A program made the position numbers and the translations under genes. This document shows, piece after piece, positions 19,701-24,760 of a stretch of DNA of 32,000 bases; position 1 is the first letter of the stretch, and the number at the start of each line of letters is the position of its first letter. Origin of the DNA: Nitrosospira multiformis ATCC 25196 (GTDB lineage Bacteria > Pseudomonadota > Gammaproteobacteria > Burkholderiales > Nitrosomonadaceae). The stretch is taken from assembly GCF_000196355.1 (NCBI RefSeq), contig NC_007614.1, positions 1,050,001-1,082,000 on the forward strand. The letters are read 5' to 3'. The notes under the pieces were generated by a model. That model was not told the DNA's origin. It made no database searches and saw nothing but the letters and a program-made list of their open reading frames with translations.

Positions 19701-22700
19701 CCCACCAAGGCGACCTTGGCTGCGTTGGTGATATGGTCCCCCACCGTTCCGGAATCGGAAGTGACCGCGAGGTCGAACACGGGCTGGATGGGTGCGGCAG
19801 TATCGAGCGTGAAAGCGACATCGATCTGTGCGGAAGCATTTCCTGCCGCATCGAAAGCCTGCAGATGGAGGGTATGACTGCCATCGGTCAATGTCCCGCC
19901 GAAAATGGTTTCCAGCCGCGGAAGATCGAGTACGAACTGACCATTGCTGCTTACATGGCTGATTATCTCCCTGTATTGCGCGACAGGAGTGGCATCGAAG
20001 CCCGCGAGCAGGCTGGTGACCGCCACATTGTCGCTGGCTGTGCCGGAGATGCTTACGCTGGAAGTGATGCCATCCGTTGCGCTGGCACCGGTATCGCCAG
20101 TCAAAGCGGCATTCAGTTGAGGCAGAACGGTATCACCGCCGGCGGGTATCTCGCTGCGCCTGATCGTCTGGCTGAATTCACTGCTGTTACCCGCCCCATC
20201 GGTGGCGCGCGCGGTAAAGTCGTTATCACCGAGTGCAAGGGGGACCTCACTGAACGAGAACGCTCCCTGGCTGTCGGCTACCGTATTGAGGGCTGCTTCG
20301 ACCAGATCGACACGTGCACCGGGCGAAGTGGAGCCCGTCAGAACCACGGTGTCGTTAGTCGTTGTATTGTCCCCGAGCGTGCCTGTGTCCGACTCGGGCG
20401 CGAGCCCAAGCGTCGGGGTCGACGGGGCGGCCGTGTCCAGAACGAATTGCAGTTCGAGACTCCGCGTGTTTCCGGCTCCATCCCGAGCAATGAGGTGCAG
20501 GTTATGCGCTCCATCAGCCAGCGGTGCGCCATTGATTGCCGCCAGTTGCGCCGAAGTAAGGTTGAACGTGCCATCCGTTTGAACGCTGTCGAGGATTTCC
20601 TGGTATTGCTCTGGCGGCATGGCATCAAAACCTGCCAGGAGACTGGTTAACCCGACATTGTCGCTGACCGTGCCGATAATGCTTCCGTTGGAAGTGATGC
20701 CGTCGGTTGCGCTGAAACCGGTGTCGTTGACCAGCGCCGCGTTCAGTTGTGGCAGGACAGTGTCCCCGCCGCTGGGTATTTCGGTGCGTGTGATCTTCTG
20801 GCTGAACTCACTACTGTTACCCGCCACATCGGTAGCTCGCACGGTAAAGTCGTTATCACCCAGTGTGAGCGCTACCCCGGTAAAGCTGAACGCACCTTGA
20901 CTGTCCGCTACTGTGTTGAGGGCAGCCTGGACCAGATCGACACGTGCACCGGGCGAAGTGGAGCCCGTCAGAACCACGATCTCGTTAGTCGTTGTATTGT
21001 CCCCGACGGTGCCCGTATCCGACTGCTGCGCTAGAGCGAGCGTCGGTACCGATGGAGCAGTCGTGTCGACCGTCAACTGCAGAGCGGGAGACGCACTGCT
21101 GACGTTGCCAGCCAGGTCTTCCGCTGTTGCGTTCAACGTATAGGCGCCGTCAACCAGTTTATCCAGCTGGTACTGAGTCTCAGGCCCCGACCTGATCCCG
21201 GCAACCAGTAATGCGCCCATATAAAGCCTGATGGCGGTTTCCGCTTCCGCGCTGACGTCGATCCTGGGGGCGTTGATGTTGGTAACGTTGTCATCGTTTG
21301 CGCTTCCGCTATCATCTCCTGCCGCAAGATGGACGCTGGGTGAACCAGGTGCGGTAGTATCGAGAATGAATCGGAGATCGAAACCCTGCGTGTTTCCAGC
21401 TTTGTCTGTGGCGACAAGATGCAACGTGTGCTCGCCGTCAGTCAGCGCCGACCCGTTGATGACAGCCAGTTGGGCGGCGGTAAGAGTGAGTGTGCCATCC
21501 GCCTGCACATCGCTGAGGATTTCGGAATACGGGGCGAGGAGTGCATCATCAAAGCCAGCCTTGAGCGATGCAATACCATTGGCATCCGTAATCAGTCCTT
21601 CAATCGTGGCATCGAATGTTACATGGTCATCAGCACTGCGTCCGGTATCATTTGAAAGCGCTGCCTTTACGCTGGGCTTCGTGGTATCGATTGTGGATGT
21701 GGCCAGTTGCGGCAGGGTCGATGGCGAGACAGACAGGCCCTCGATCTTCACTAGGCTGGGAAAAGAGCCCGCAATGATGTTCGAAGATGAGCTCAGGCTG
21801 CCGCCAATGATGATTTCCTGGATTCTGCTCGCCGTGCCGCCAGTCACGACATCGTTGCCATCATCGAATATTCCGTTGCCCGGGTCGATGCCGACCCAGA
21901 CATGGGAGTCGATGACAGAGCCGGTAACACGGAGCCGGCCAAGCAAGCCTGAGGCAAACTGATCCGCAGCACTTCCTGTGCCTCCGAGCCCACCATCGCT
22001 CCCCAGGTTTGCACCCACGATAATGCGCGCCTGCTCCAGGTTACCACCCACCTGTAGCATCTGCAGGGATGGTGTGGAAAGCTGGCCGCTGGCGGTGCCC
22101 CTGGTGGAGAATAAAGATAAAGGAGCTGCAAACGCAGCTTTCCATGATGCGTCCGTTGACTGCGCGACTATCTGGCCTGCACGACCCAGCACTATCCATG
22201 AGCCACCACTGATGGCGCCGCCAATCTGGGCATTGACAAGGGTATAAGAGGTGGCCGGGGCGCCGGACAAGTTGATATCCGCGGAGAACTCTCCAGTGGC
22301 AGTCAGCGTACCCAAAGAAGGTCCATTGATGGATGCGGGGGCAGAACCAGACGCAAGCCATTCCTGTACCGCCACCGTATTGATTGGCGTTGCACTGGTC
22401 AGTACCAGTGAGCGTACACTTCCTGCGCTGAACGCCATGCCGGACCCCGTCCCTTGCACCAGCAACGATGAGGTTCCCTTCACGTCGCCTAGCGTAATGT
22501 TCTGAATACTGCCTGAAATGCGGGCGGTTCCCAGTAAATCCAGGTTCGATGCAAGAATGGACTTGATATTACCGTCGACTGCCAAGCCGGTCAGAAGTGA
22601 ATGACTCCCGCTGGTGGTGACGGTCAACGCGCTTGTGGTATCGGTAGAAAAGAGCGACAAGGCAAGGCCCGCTCCGGATCTCGTTACCTCGCCCCATCCG

Positions 22701-23389
22701 GGGCCACTCAGGGAGAAAGTGACGGCTGTGCCATTTGTATCATTGACGCTCAGCGATGTCGGCAATGCATGACCTGGAACCTGGCCGAACTGCCGCGCGA
22801 TATTCAGGGCTCTCTCCGCCAGGAAAATGTTATTGTTTTCATCTTCTTCCGCAATTTCCTGATCTGGATCGGCCGAAGCGATGAGTTGATAGCTGCCTAT
22901 ATCGAGGGCGCCGACTGAAACAGGGACATCGAGTGTCGTGGATGTCCCAGGCAATAATTCCGGGGAAGAACTGGTTGCGGTACCGATCAGGGTATCGCCA
23001 GCATCCAGTTGTGAATCGGATGAGGCGAAGAGTTTTACGGTAACGGGTGTGGCGGGTGCATCGCCCTGGTTGGTAATGAGCACCGAGATTGAGGCGGGCT
23101 CCGTAGGAAGGAAATCGCGGTCAAGCGAAGATGAGTCAATTGAACCGATGAGATCGGCACTCAGCAGCAATCTCGGCTCAAGCGCTTCAATCACCAACCG
23201 CTTGTGCTGTGGAATATGATGGGAATCTTCGGGCGTACTATCCTGCACGCCTGTCCTGCGCAACAAACTATCGAGTAGCTGGCTAGCACGGTTATTATTC
23301 AATTGCTTACGCTGGTCCAGACGTGCACGCTGATTCTTGGATTTTTTTGCCACGAATATTCCCCTTAGTAGCGTATTATTTGGCGTCAC
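7739..23389 (-). CDS. Giant (5,216 aa) multidomain extracellular/surface protein with N-terminal LEPR-XLL motif
   Basis: This is a single uninterrupted 15,651-nt ORF. Domain order N to C, read by eye: a basic N-terminus with LEPRLLLSAD; a CARDB-like domain; a G/S/T-rich beta-helix-like region; tandem Ig-like pairs (VDTTAPS...). Next come a PAP2/vanadium-haloperoxidase-like domain, SbsA-Ig/Ig-like domains, a carboxypeptidase-regulatory-like domain and a helical Cys-containing module. These are followed by a Ca-binding-like DRDTDGDGILD motif, LVIVD repeats (GLAVVDVS, GLHIIDVS, GLQIVNY), cadherin/Ig-like domains and many IPT/TIG-like domains. The C-terminal part has a lectin-like beta-sandwich and two NHL-like beta-propellers. 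The annotated start at 23389 is GTG with AGGGG directly abutting it. An alternative GTG at 23353 (VAKKSKNQ...) has AAGGGG plus a 7-nt spacer and may be the real start. Confidence 0.9.
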   Translation of the reverse strand: MTPNNTLLRGIFVAKKSKNQRARLDQRKQLNNNRASQLLDSLLRRTGVQDSTPEDSHHIPQHKRLVIEALEPRLLLSADLIGSIDSSSLDRDFLPTEPASISVLITNQGDAPATPVTVKLFASSDSQLDAGDTLIGTATSSSPELLPGTSTTLDVPVSVGALDIGSYQLIASADPDQEIAEEDENNNIFLAERALNIARQFGQVPGHALPTSLSVNDTNGTAVTFSLSGPGWGEVTRSGAGLALSLFSTDTTSALTVTTSGSHSLLTGLAVDGNIKSILASNLDLLGTARISGSIQNITLGDVKGTSSLLVQGTGSGMAFSAGSVRSLVLTSATPINTVAVQEWLASGSAPASINGPSLGTLTATGEFSADINLSGAPATSYTLVNAQIGGAISGGSWIVLGRAGQIVAQSTDASWKAAFAAPLSLFSTRGTASGQLSTPSLQMLQVGGNLEQARIIVGANLGSDGGLGGTGSAADQFASGLLGRLRVTGSVIDSHVWVGIDPGNGIFDDGNDVVTGGTASRIQEIIIGGSLSSSSNIIAGSFPSLVKIEGLSVSPSTLPQLATSTIDTTKPSVKAALSNDTGRSADDHVTFDATIEGLITDANGIASLKAGFDDALLAPYSEILSDVQADGTLTLTAAQLAVINGSALTDGEHTLHLVATDKAGNTQGFDLRFILDTTAPGSPSVHLAAGDDSGSANDDNVTNINAPRIDVSAEAETAIRLYMGALLVAGIRSGPETQYQLDKLVDGAYTLNATAEDLAGNVSSASPALQLTVDTTAPSVPTLALAQQSDTGTVGDNTTTNEIVVLTGSTSPGARVDLVQAALNTVADSQGAFSFTGVALTLGDNDFTVRATDVAGNSSEFSQKITRTEIPSGGDTVLPQLNAALVNDTGFSATDGITSNGSIIGTVSDNVGLTSLLAGFDAMPPEQYQEILDSVQTDGTFNLTSAQLAAINGAPLADGAHNLHLIARDGAGNTRSLELQFVLDTAAPSTPTLGLAPESDTGTLGDNTTTNDTVVLTGSTSPGARVDLVEAALNTVADSQGAFSFSEVPLALGDNDFTARATDGAGNSSEFSQTIRRSEIPAGGDTVLPQLNAALTGDTGASATDGITSSVSISGTASDNVAVTSLLAGFDATPVAQYREIISHVSSNGQFVLDLPRLETIFGGTLTDGSHTLHLQAFDAAGNASAQIDVAFTLDTAAPIQPVFDLAVTSDSGTVGDHITNAAKVALVGTSEPGVSISVVGTSISALANNLGNFQLAGISLQDGANVLTLRAIDAAGNTSERSLTFQRTGEITQDQALFWNSKALEAIRLDVTDPPIATRLLAMVSLAIYDSLAAIDGTQAYLVKLSATGPVSADAAVAAAAHRVLTVEYPGQKGTFDAALAASLAKVAEGPAKDAGIALGTAVADTVLALRGNDGAQTFVDYPGSTELGKWRPTGPMFDVPDQPQWSTVTPFALSAANQFRPPAPPALDSSEYAQSVEEVRSVGSANSTTRTADQTEQAQFWADGMGSYTPPGHWNQIAEEIARAQGNSLSANARLFAMLNIALADAAIACWDAKYTYGLWRPETAINNADLDNNAATIKEEGWKPLLITPAHPEYVSGHSTFSAAAAGILNQVFGNDTSFSTTSYTLPGVTRSFDNFDAAAGEAGRSRVYGGIHYEFTNQAGQTLGHQVAEAVLARFALDADTQAPMVIAQDTPVALNTNLALSGQILDNLSGVVSAQYRIDGGDLKDLALDADGKFSITTAFALDGTADGSHTVTILARDAAGNLAAGFNRSFTLDTQAPALDLASLADGATLSAASRVTGTADPTGTWLVELFYTVDGGQKHSLIFDTTTGSFDQALILGNLGIGDHKLALNARDAAGNTANVIREVKVEALAPFTITRVTPTGGTGDVGVTYRPQVFFSREVNPNTLTANTFYATGPDGTKLDTTIVPALDGSFAWVFFDKPMPGGSNITLHLNGSAIRAQADGAFLDADGNGAAGGEFTWSFTSISSTVVAGTKLVGKVVDPGPDLLPMTFDDIRRGPDGVIHTPDDVFLNPIAHAKVYIIGLEDKVVYTDANGNFELTEVPVGEVKVVVDGRTATNAPEGIFFPEMVMSTQLLPGITNTVMGSMGSNEERLANADRREVYLPRVQTSALQQISQTETTVVTVDDKSAPDLTGEQRSQLTLTVPPGSAVGFDGKVLDDVKIGINTVPPELVRDMLPPGVLQHSFDITIQAPGVNTFTQPVQITFPNVFNAAPGTKLNILSFDHTTGLLVISGTGTVSADGKTVVSDEGSGVMAPGWHGMTPPGSPTNGPNPPRDPLPEEDCDELGAAKDALLDRVPAAVDSLIRNLVKNIAGLREFYTIMSESAQMATTMIEQFAEFKKQVDSGGDPSALRLGFELIKTNKDRWKAIYEAVVEQATSKNPVGLLEKTLEAAKPILEELSEACDSLVKALKEHDCPTFWVEVGCSAIDVAEFTVSNAESLLDLVRGGIKNLITKAGFEAVCIGLDAIEVALGIGDIEAQSTESGSILTSGVAFIANSSKTAVATTSDDLLAATNNTFTALLAHQRELIDSSAISIGDLESKVLNVGSTLADGIASIVGNPGNAFFLITDLRTGFELRGQTAADGTIDTMLPADSKLRVEIYDAASGRYGWAEFSSSASGTSTRIPNPLYLSASRLIDLDSDSLPDVAEKIIGTNLLDRDTDGDGILDFSELLQGLNPLGGLGIPTGVVSATTLQGTAEAVSVAGSTSDASKLTAYVATGSSGLAVVDVSRFTKPTLLAELKLSGSNKDVAVDAVRGLAAVAANEGGLHIIDVSNPVLPVLRQTITFGDFVTQVKVRDGLAYIAVGDSVAAVDLNTGDIRQTLDLGNSSGTTLTGLALEGKTLYTMDTNRTLRAISIDGDLLTLRDSLVLDAGGGKLFVGGGVAYVGTATDFTQGYSTVDVSDPADLKLISSIDAANIAGQSLAATGSGLLVTAGNLRGPRGEQIYALDVSSSNDPTNTGSFITRINLPAAPRDVVLANGLAFVADGAAGLQIVNYIGFDTKGVAPTVSIEVDGIDVDPEKAGIQVLEGRTVSVIPTVTDDVQVRNVELLVNGQVVSNDAAFPFELFAQAPTIAQSGNKLTIQVRATDTGGNATLSDPVVLDVVPDTFAPQVTKMSLDEGARVFFVRSIDVSFDEPLDLAKLNLSGIELINTGSDGVAGTADDRAIDVRLDTRSFGQSLSILPNGYLLPGTYQLRIDPSVIADKAGNALTAPIVLNFTIRPASDIRAGSGMPEITQAPSANPGQEIGLPVPFDPATARTTFNVIDASGNKTTRDVVVSRFDATQGLAYFRVPLDAVTGEIQVFSQVGSTKTTFADGTFLLQILPVIVDVQVQGVASDGSSATVVISGLGFVEGNNSEYRFGSDVVLDAGVNTGPDVYYGYVNGVYTANGQVTVTVPLSSGTFGPISIRTAGGASASYSVNLSGIAATALSGTPADADEASANPGQAVTLQGTGLSTATDVLLRWTDVNGDARMTRLSPTSAAADGSSATLVIPEYANGVASLQVFGSASQPLLQIVPKLTGFDVQSGALYLYGSGFVEGASSYGFAGATVADSRVNGGVDVYYNTDQNGRAYLDNSTLPRHGLGGLTVTTAGGTSAALDLNLLRSGSDTGAIGLLGDVAVDPVTGALWVSDNSNPGHILRIDEASGAILQTITLTDAFGAPYAFSLAGLQVLGEAINLNGTNVPQGSLLLFNGYASPDRVVAVNAANGAVIASLTLGQNYDLAAGVFDAASGHLFVTDARNSGNRIVEINAATGAEIASFAVPFTTYSYAGLTIDPVTGNLWLGTYSAAATLVEFTRTGTEVRRIDLASQGVNDSEISGLAFAPDGSLRVASSNGVVYRIDPAHDDAVQRATLTQVLASATDGVAAQSGVAAANIGQIIELRGTNFGAGTQVLFNTRDSNGNTSIVAIKPLAINDAGTRLQVLVPDLAATGEVKVVNTGASNLGFTSYNDAIYRNVTTTFTANSSTAVLRFADGGLQDINDESWGIDNVVVKQGSTTVFADTFEGGAKANWSNQITNRNALGTFSEFSGRFGNASQVLNLSGLTAGQTYTLSFDLYALDSWEGSHPTAGPDLIQITADGQQIFRETFANYYPDAQSVQTYGASSGIRLQIVPTLSGLSGRPGSDNAFNLIGSGFMEGTSTVTIGGRVFTGAAVNGVDVSGTRNDTLGVIAPRTLDGAIRVTTEGGYAEIAGSAFGTQPTVLFTGLTASANSGTVADATKASANTGQTITLTGQAFTAQTLVQFTGIDDSGALGTITRTGTPGSGGTSLSIEVPALARTGKVTVLGSNAGFDLQIVPTLKSLGGSLAPGSTVVLEGTGLVGSELTVQIDGRATGSFNVRTVFEGLGSSSADQQLLTLTVPTGVTTGIITVSTRGGTASLAGRNLSGISAIAGSGTPASSGIASANTGQTITLQGSGLQGSDRVVFTTIDSSGRLAERAIVPASVAADGNSMTVVVPVDATTGTLRLARDSSGVLLQIVPTLGDISASLNSIYNGGFLTLSGSGFAEGAIAVLFGGQRLNDSSRNTGPDVYQGYVDGKTALGYGENTTLNLIVPTNVPTGPIQVATIGGTSAAFGLSITGITASADSGTPANSTQASAVPGQTIKLQGSGLDASTDVVFETVDNNGNRSQLIVRPATVNAGGTEIQVAVPLNAVTGTVRVVGDRNASALALQILPVIVDVQVQGVASDGSSATVVISGLGFVEGNNSEYRFGSDVVLDAGVNTGPDVYYGYVNGVYTANGQVTVTVPLSSGTFGPISIRTAGGASASYSVNLSGIAATALSGTPADADEASANPGQAVTLQGTGLSTATDVLLRWTDVNGDARMTRLSPTSAAADGSSATLVIPEYANGVASLQVFGSASQPLLQIVPKLTGFDVQSGALYLYGSGFVEGASSYGFAGATVADSRVNGGVDVYYNTDQNGRAYLDNSTLPRHGLGGLTVTTAGGTSAALDLNLLRPGSDTGAIGLLGDVAVDPVTGALWVSDNSNPGHILRIDEASGAILQTITLTDAFGAPYAFSLAGLQVLGEAINLNGTNVPQGSLLLFNGYASPDRVVAVNAANGAVIASLTLGQNYDLAAGVFDAASGHLFVTDARNSGNRIVEINAATGAEIASFAVPFTTYSYAGLTIDPVTGNLWLGTYSAAATLVEFTRTGTEVRRIDLASQGVNDSEISGLAFAPDGSLRVASSNGVVYEALV
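7755..9309 (-). repeat. 1,555-bp direct repeat, C-terminal copy
   Basis: Same as above. Identity starts at 7755, which is inside the Tyr codon 5 codons before the stop (VVY-EALV* here versus VVY-RIDPAHDD after the internal copy). It ends at 9309 (..GTATCTGCA). Confidence 0.95.
11802..13356 (-). repeat. 1,555-bp direct repeat, internal copy (IPT/TIG-like domains + NHL-like propeller)
   Basis: Identical to 7755-9309 at a constant offset of 4,047 nt, except A12502 versus G8455. The giant-protein translations and the antisense ORF translations in other frames are identical between the copies apart from that site. Confidence 0.95.
14325..15230 (-). other. LVIVD-repeat beta-propeller-like region of giant protein
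   Basis: Repeated motifs are AYVATGSSGLAVVDVS (15131-15175), AANEGGLHIIDVSNP, AYIAVGDSVAAVDL, AYVGTATDFTQGYSTVDVSDP and AFVADGAAGLQIVNY (~14326-14357). Confidence 0.6.
15885..16485 (-). other. Low-GC, predicted all-helical Cys-containing module inside giant protein (no family recognised)
   Basis: EEDCDELGAAKDALLDRVPAAVDSLIRNLVKNIAGLREFYTIMSESAQMATTMIEQFAEFKKQV...EELSEACDSLVKALKEHDCPTFWVEVGCSAIDVAEF...AVCIGLDAIEVALGIG has amphipathic heptad-like spacing and no beta-sandwich signatures. Hand GC counts of sample 60-nt lines give ~38% at 15601 and ~45% at 15961, versus ~70% at 8401. Confidence 0.5.
18335..19515 (-). other. PAP2-superfamily / vanadium-dependent haloperoxidase-like enzyme domain embedded in giant protein
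   Basis: The domain runs GEITQDQALFWNSKALEAI ... YGLWRPETAI ... ITPAHPEYVSGHSTFSAAAAGIL ... AGRSRVYGGIHYEFTNQAG ... The three PAP2 boxes are present in order: (K/R)xxxxxxRP-like WRP, PSGH-like VSGHS, and SRxxxxxHxxxD-like SRVYGGIHYEF. The VSGHS box is encoded at ~18581-18610. Confidence 0.7.
19520..21690 (-). repeat. In-frame tandem repeats of Ig-like domain pairs, period 630 bp (210 aa), about 3 units
   Basis: ACCAGATCGACACGTGCACCGGGCGAAGTGGAGCCCGTCAGAACCACG occurs at 20301-20348 and 20931-20978. GGTAAAGTCGTTATCACC occurs at 20213-20230 and 20843-20860. Both pairs are offset by 630 nt. The protein units are TTAPS.PTL.LA..SDTGT.GDNTTTN..VVLTGSTSPGARVDLV.AALNTVADSQGAFSF... + PQLNAAL..DTG.SATDGITS... 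Confidence 0.75.
22820..23107 (-). other. CARDB-like domain of giant protein
   Basis: ISVLITNQGDAPATPVTVKLFASSDSQLDAGDTLIGTA...LLPGTSTTLDVPVSV...GSYQLIASADPDQEIAEEDENNNIF follows the CARDB pattern (N-G ... D-x-LIG ... G-x-Y ... D ... E-x-NE-NNN). Confidence 0.5.
23150..23353 (-). other. N-terminal LEPR-XLL-type region of giant protein (basic, non-hydrophobic leader ending in LEPRLLLSADL)
   Basis: The sequence VAKKSKNQRARLDQRKQLNNNRASQLLDSLLRRTGVQDSTPEDSHHIPQHKRLVIEALEPRLLLSADL has LEPR at codons 70-73 (nt 23171-23182). It has no hydrophobic h-region and no twin-Arg motif. The motif name is recalled from NCBI protein naming (LEPR-XLL domain-containing protein). Confidence 0.7.
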
Positions 23390-23449
23390 CCCTGCGGGCG
23401 CCGATTGGCTCGCTGTTTTGCGATATCCGCGAGTAATTTCCTGTGATTT

Positions 23450-23995
23450 TTACCTCTTTTGATACTTTCTGCGGCCCATGACAAAAGCAGCCAGGCCAGC
23501 ACCGATCAGGAACAAACTTCCAGGTTCAGGAAGCGGATTGCCTGGATCGATGGCTGCTGGCATAGTTGCGCTGATCGCAACAACATTAAAACTATCATCG
23601 AATATTTCATATGATTGTGAGCCCGGAGTGCCAGAGCCGGTCCAATCAAAGCTCACTATAAAATCAGCGGGCAATGCGCCAGTTCCATCAGTTGATGCCG
23701 AGAAAATGCCGTCAGCAGCAAATATGAGATCTGGACCTATGGTGTAGGCGAACCATCCGGAGGGTACAGATTCGGCGGCGAGCCCGACGAAGTCTGTGGG
23801 AGCGAACAATACATTGAAACCTTCAAACGCAGTCAGTGAACCCGTGACGTGATAAGTAACTTGCCAGCGATCGGTTCCGGGTGTGCTATCCGTAAGGTCG
23901 AACATTGTATAAGTCACCGTCAACGCCGCCGCACCTGCGTTTTGGATTGCAAAGACCAATATGCCTGCAGCAATTAATTGCCTTAAAAGTTTCAC
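23450..23995 (-). CDS. PEP-CTERM sorting-domain protein (secreted, exosortase-type C-terminal anchor)
   Basis: The C-terminus is PLPEPGSLFLIGAGLAAFVMGRRKYQKR*, i.e. a PEP motif, a hydrophobic helix and a basic tail. I call the start at GTG 23995 (VKLLRQLIAAGILVFAIQNAGAAA, a good signal peptide), 6 nt after GAGGTG. The ORF-track start at 24076 adds 27 non-signal residues. The stop is 60 nt upstream of the giant ORF on the same strand. Confidence 0.85.
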   Translation of the reverse strand: MKLLRQLIAAGILVFAIQNAGAAALTVTYTMFDLTDSTPGTDRWQVTYHVTGSLTAFEGFNVLFAPTDFVGLAAESVPSGWFAYTIGPDLIFAADGIFSASTDGTGALPADFIVSFDWTGSGTPGSQSYEIFDDSFNVVAISATMPAAIDPGNPLPEPGSLFLIGAGLAAFVMGRRKYQKR

Positions 23996-24391
23996 GAATA
24001 TCACCTCATTTTTATTATTGTGCCCCGGGAGCGTGAAAACCCTTGACGAGGTTTTCCGTCTTATCCTTACCTGCAATTAACCATCATTACTGGACAACGT
24101 GGTTGGAAACAGAGTGTTTTGCGGTGGAGGGAGATACAGCAAAATCGATAATGCAGGGAGCTGCCTTCCTTGCATCCACTTTAGAAAACTCACAAGCTCA
24201 AGCACTAGCATAAAGTATGCCAAATTATTGATTATGAATTCATTCATGGAGTTGCGATAAAGGAGGGAGAAGTCTTGATGATAAGTGTAAAAATTATCGA
24301 CATTTACCAGAAACAATATCGCCCAGAGTGTGAGTTAAAATAATTTGAATGCCGTCATCACCATGCGAACCAAACAAATGGCAATATAATA

Positions 24392-24760
24392 ATGGGCGCT
24401 TTTCTTGCGATCCTGTTGCTTACCTTGAGTGCCGAAGCCTCTGCTCAGGCTGATGAATTCGAGCATGCGAGGCAGGATCGACAAAAACATGAGCAAATAC
24501 TCGAACGTCAGCGACAACAACGCCAGAAAGATTCCCGACAGCACCAGCAGTTCCAGCAGCAGCAACTGCAGCGACAGCAACAGGAACATCAGCGTCAGCA
24601 GCAACTGCGGGGGCGGCAGGAGCAGATTCGGCGCCAGCAGGACTTACAGTTTGAGCGGCAGGAGAAACAGCGGAGCGAGCAGGAAAAAACTTTCCAGCAG
24701 TGGCAAAGGGAGTATCGACAGCGACAACAACAGCGGCAGCAATATCAACCGCAATATTGA
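24392..24760 (+). CDS. Small secreted Gln/Arg/Glu-rich low-complexity protein
   Basis: The 122-aa ORF starts with MGAFLAILLLTLSAEASAQA (signal-peptide-like, AxA site). About 100 aa of Q/R/E-rich sequence follow (QRQQQRQK..QQFQQQQLQRQQQEHQRQQQ..). Two other ORFs overlap in other frames or on the other strand because of the CAG/CAA-rich DNA. This is the only one with a plausible leader. Confidence 0.5.
   Translation: MGAFLAILLLTLSAEASAQADEFEHARQDRQKHEQILERQRQQRQKDSRQHQQFQQQQLQRQQQEHQRQQQLRGRQEQIRRQQDLQFERQEKQRSEQEKTFQQWQREYRQRQQQRQQYQPQY

Noticed and set aside
7739-23389. Classical RTX/T1SS adhesin interpretation of the giant protein
   Set aside because: There are no GGxGxDxUx nonapeptide repeats and no ABC transporter or TolC-like gene nearby. 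The distinctive signal is N-terminal (LEPR-XLL) rather than C-terminal.
24077-24316. 79-aa minus-strand ORF upstream of the PEP-CTERM gene
   Set aside because: It lies in the AT-rich divergent promoter region, with no SD or motif, and would be read into by nothing. It is probably spurious.
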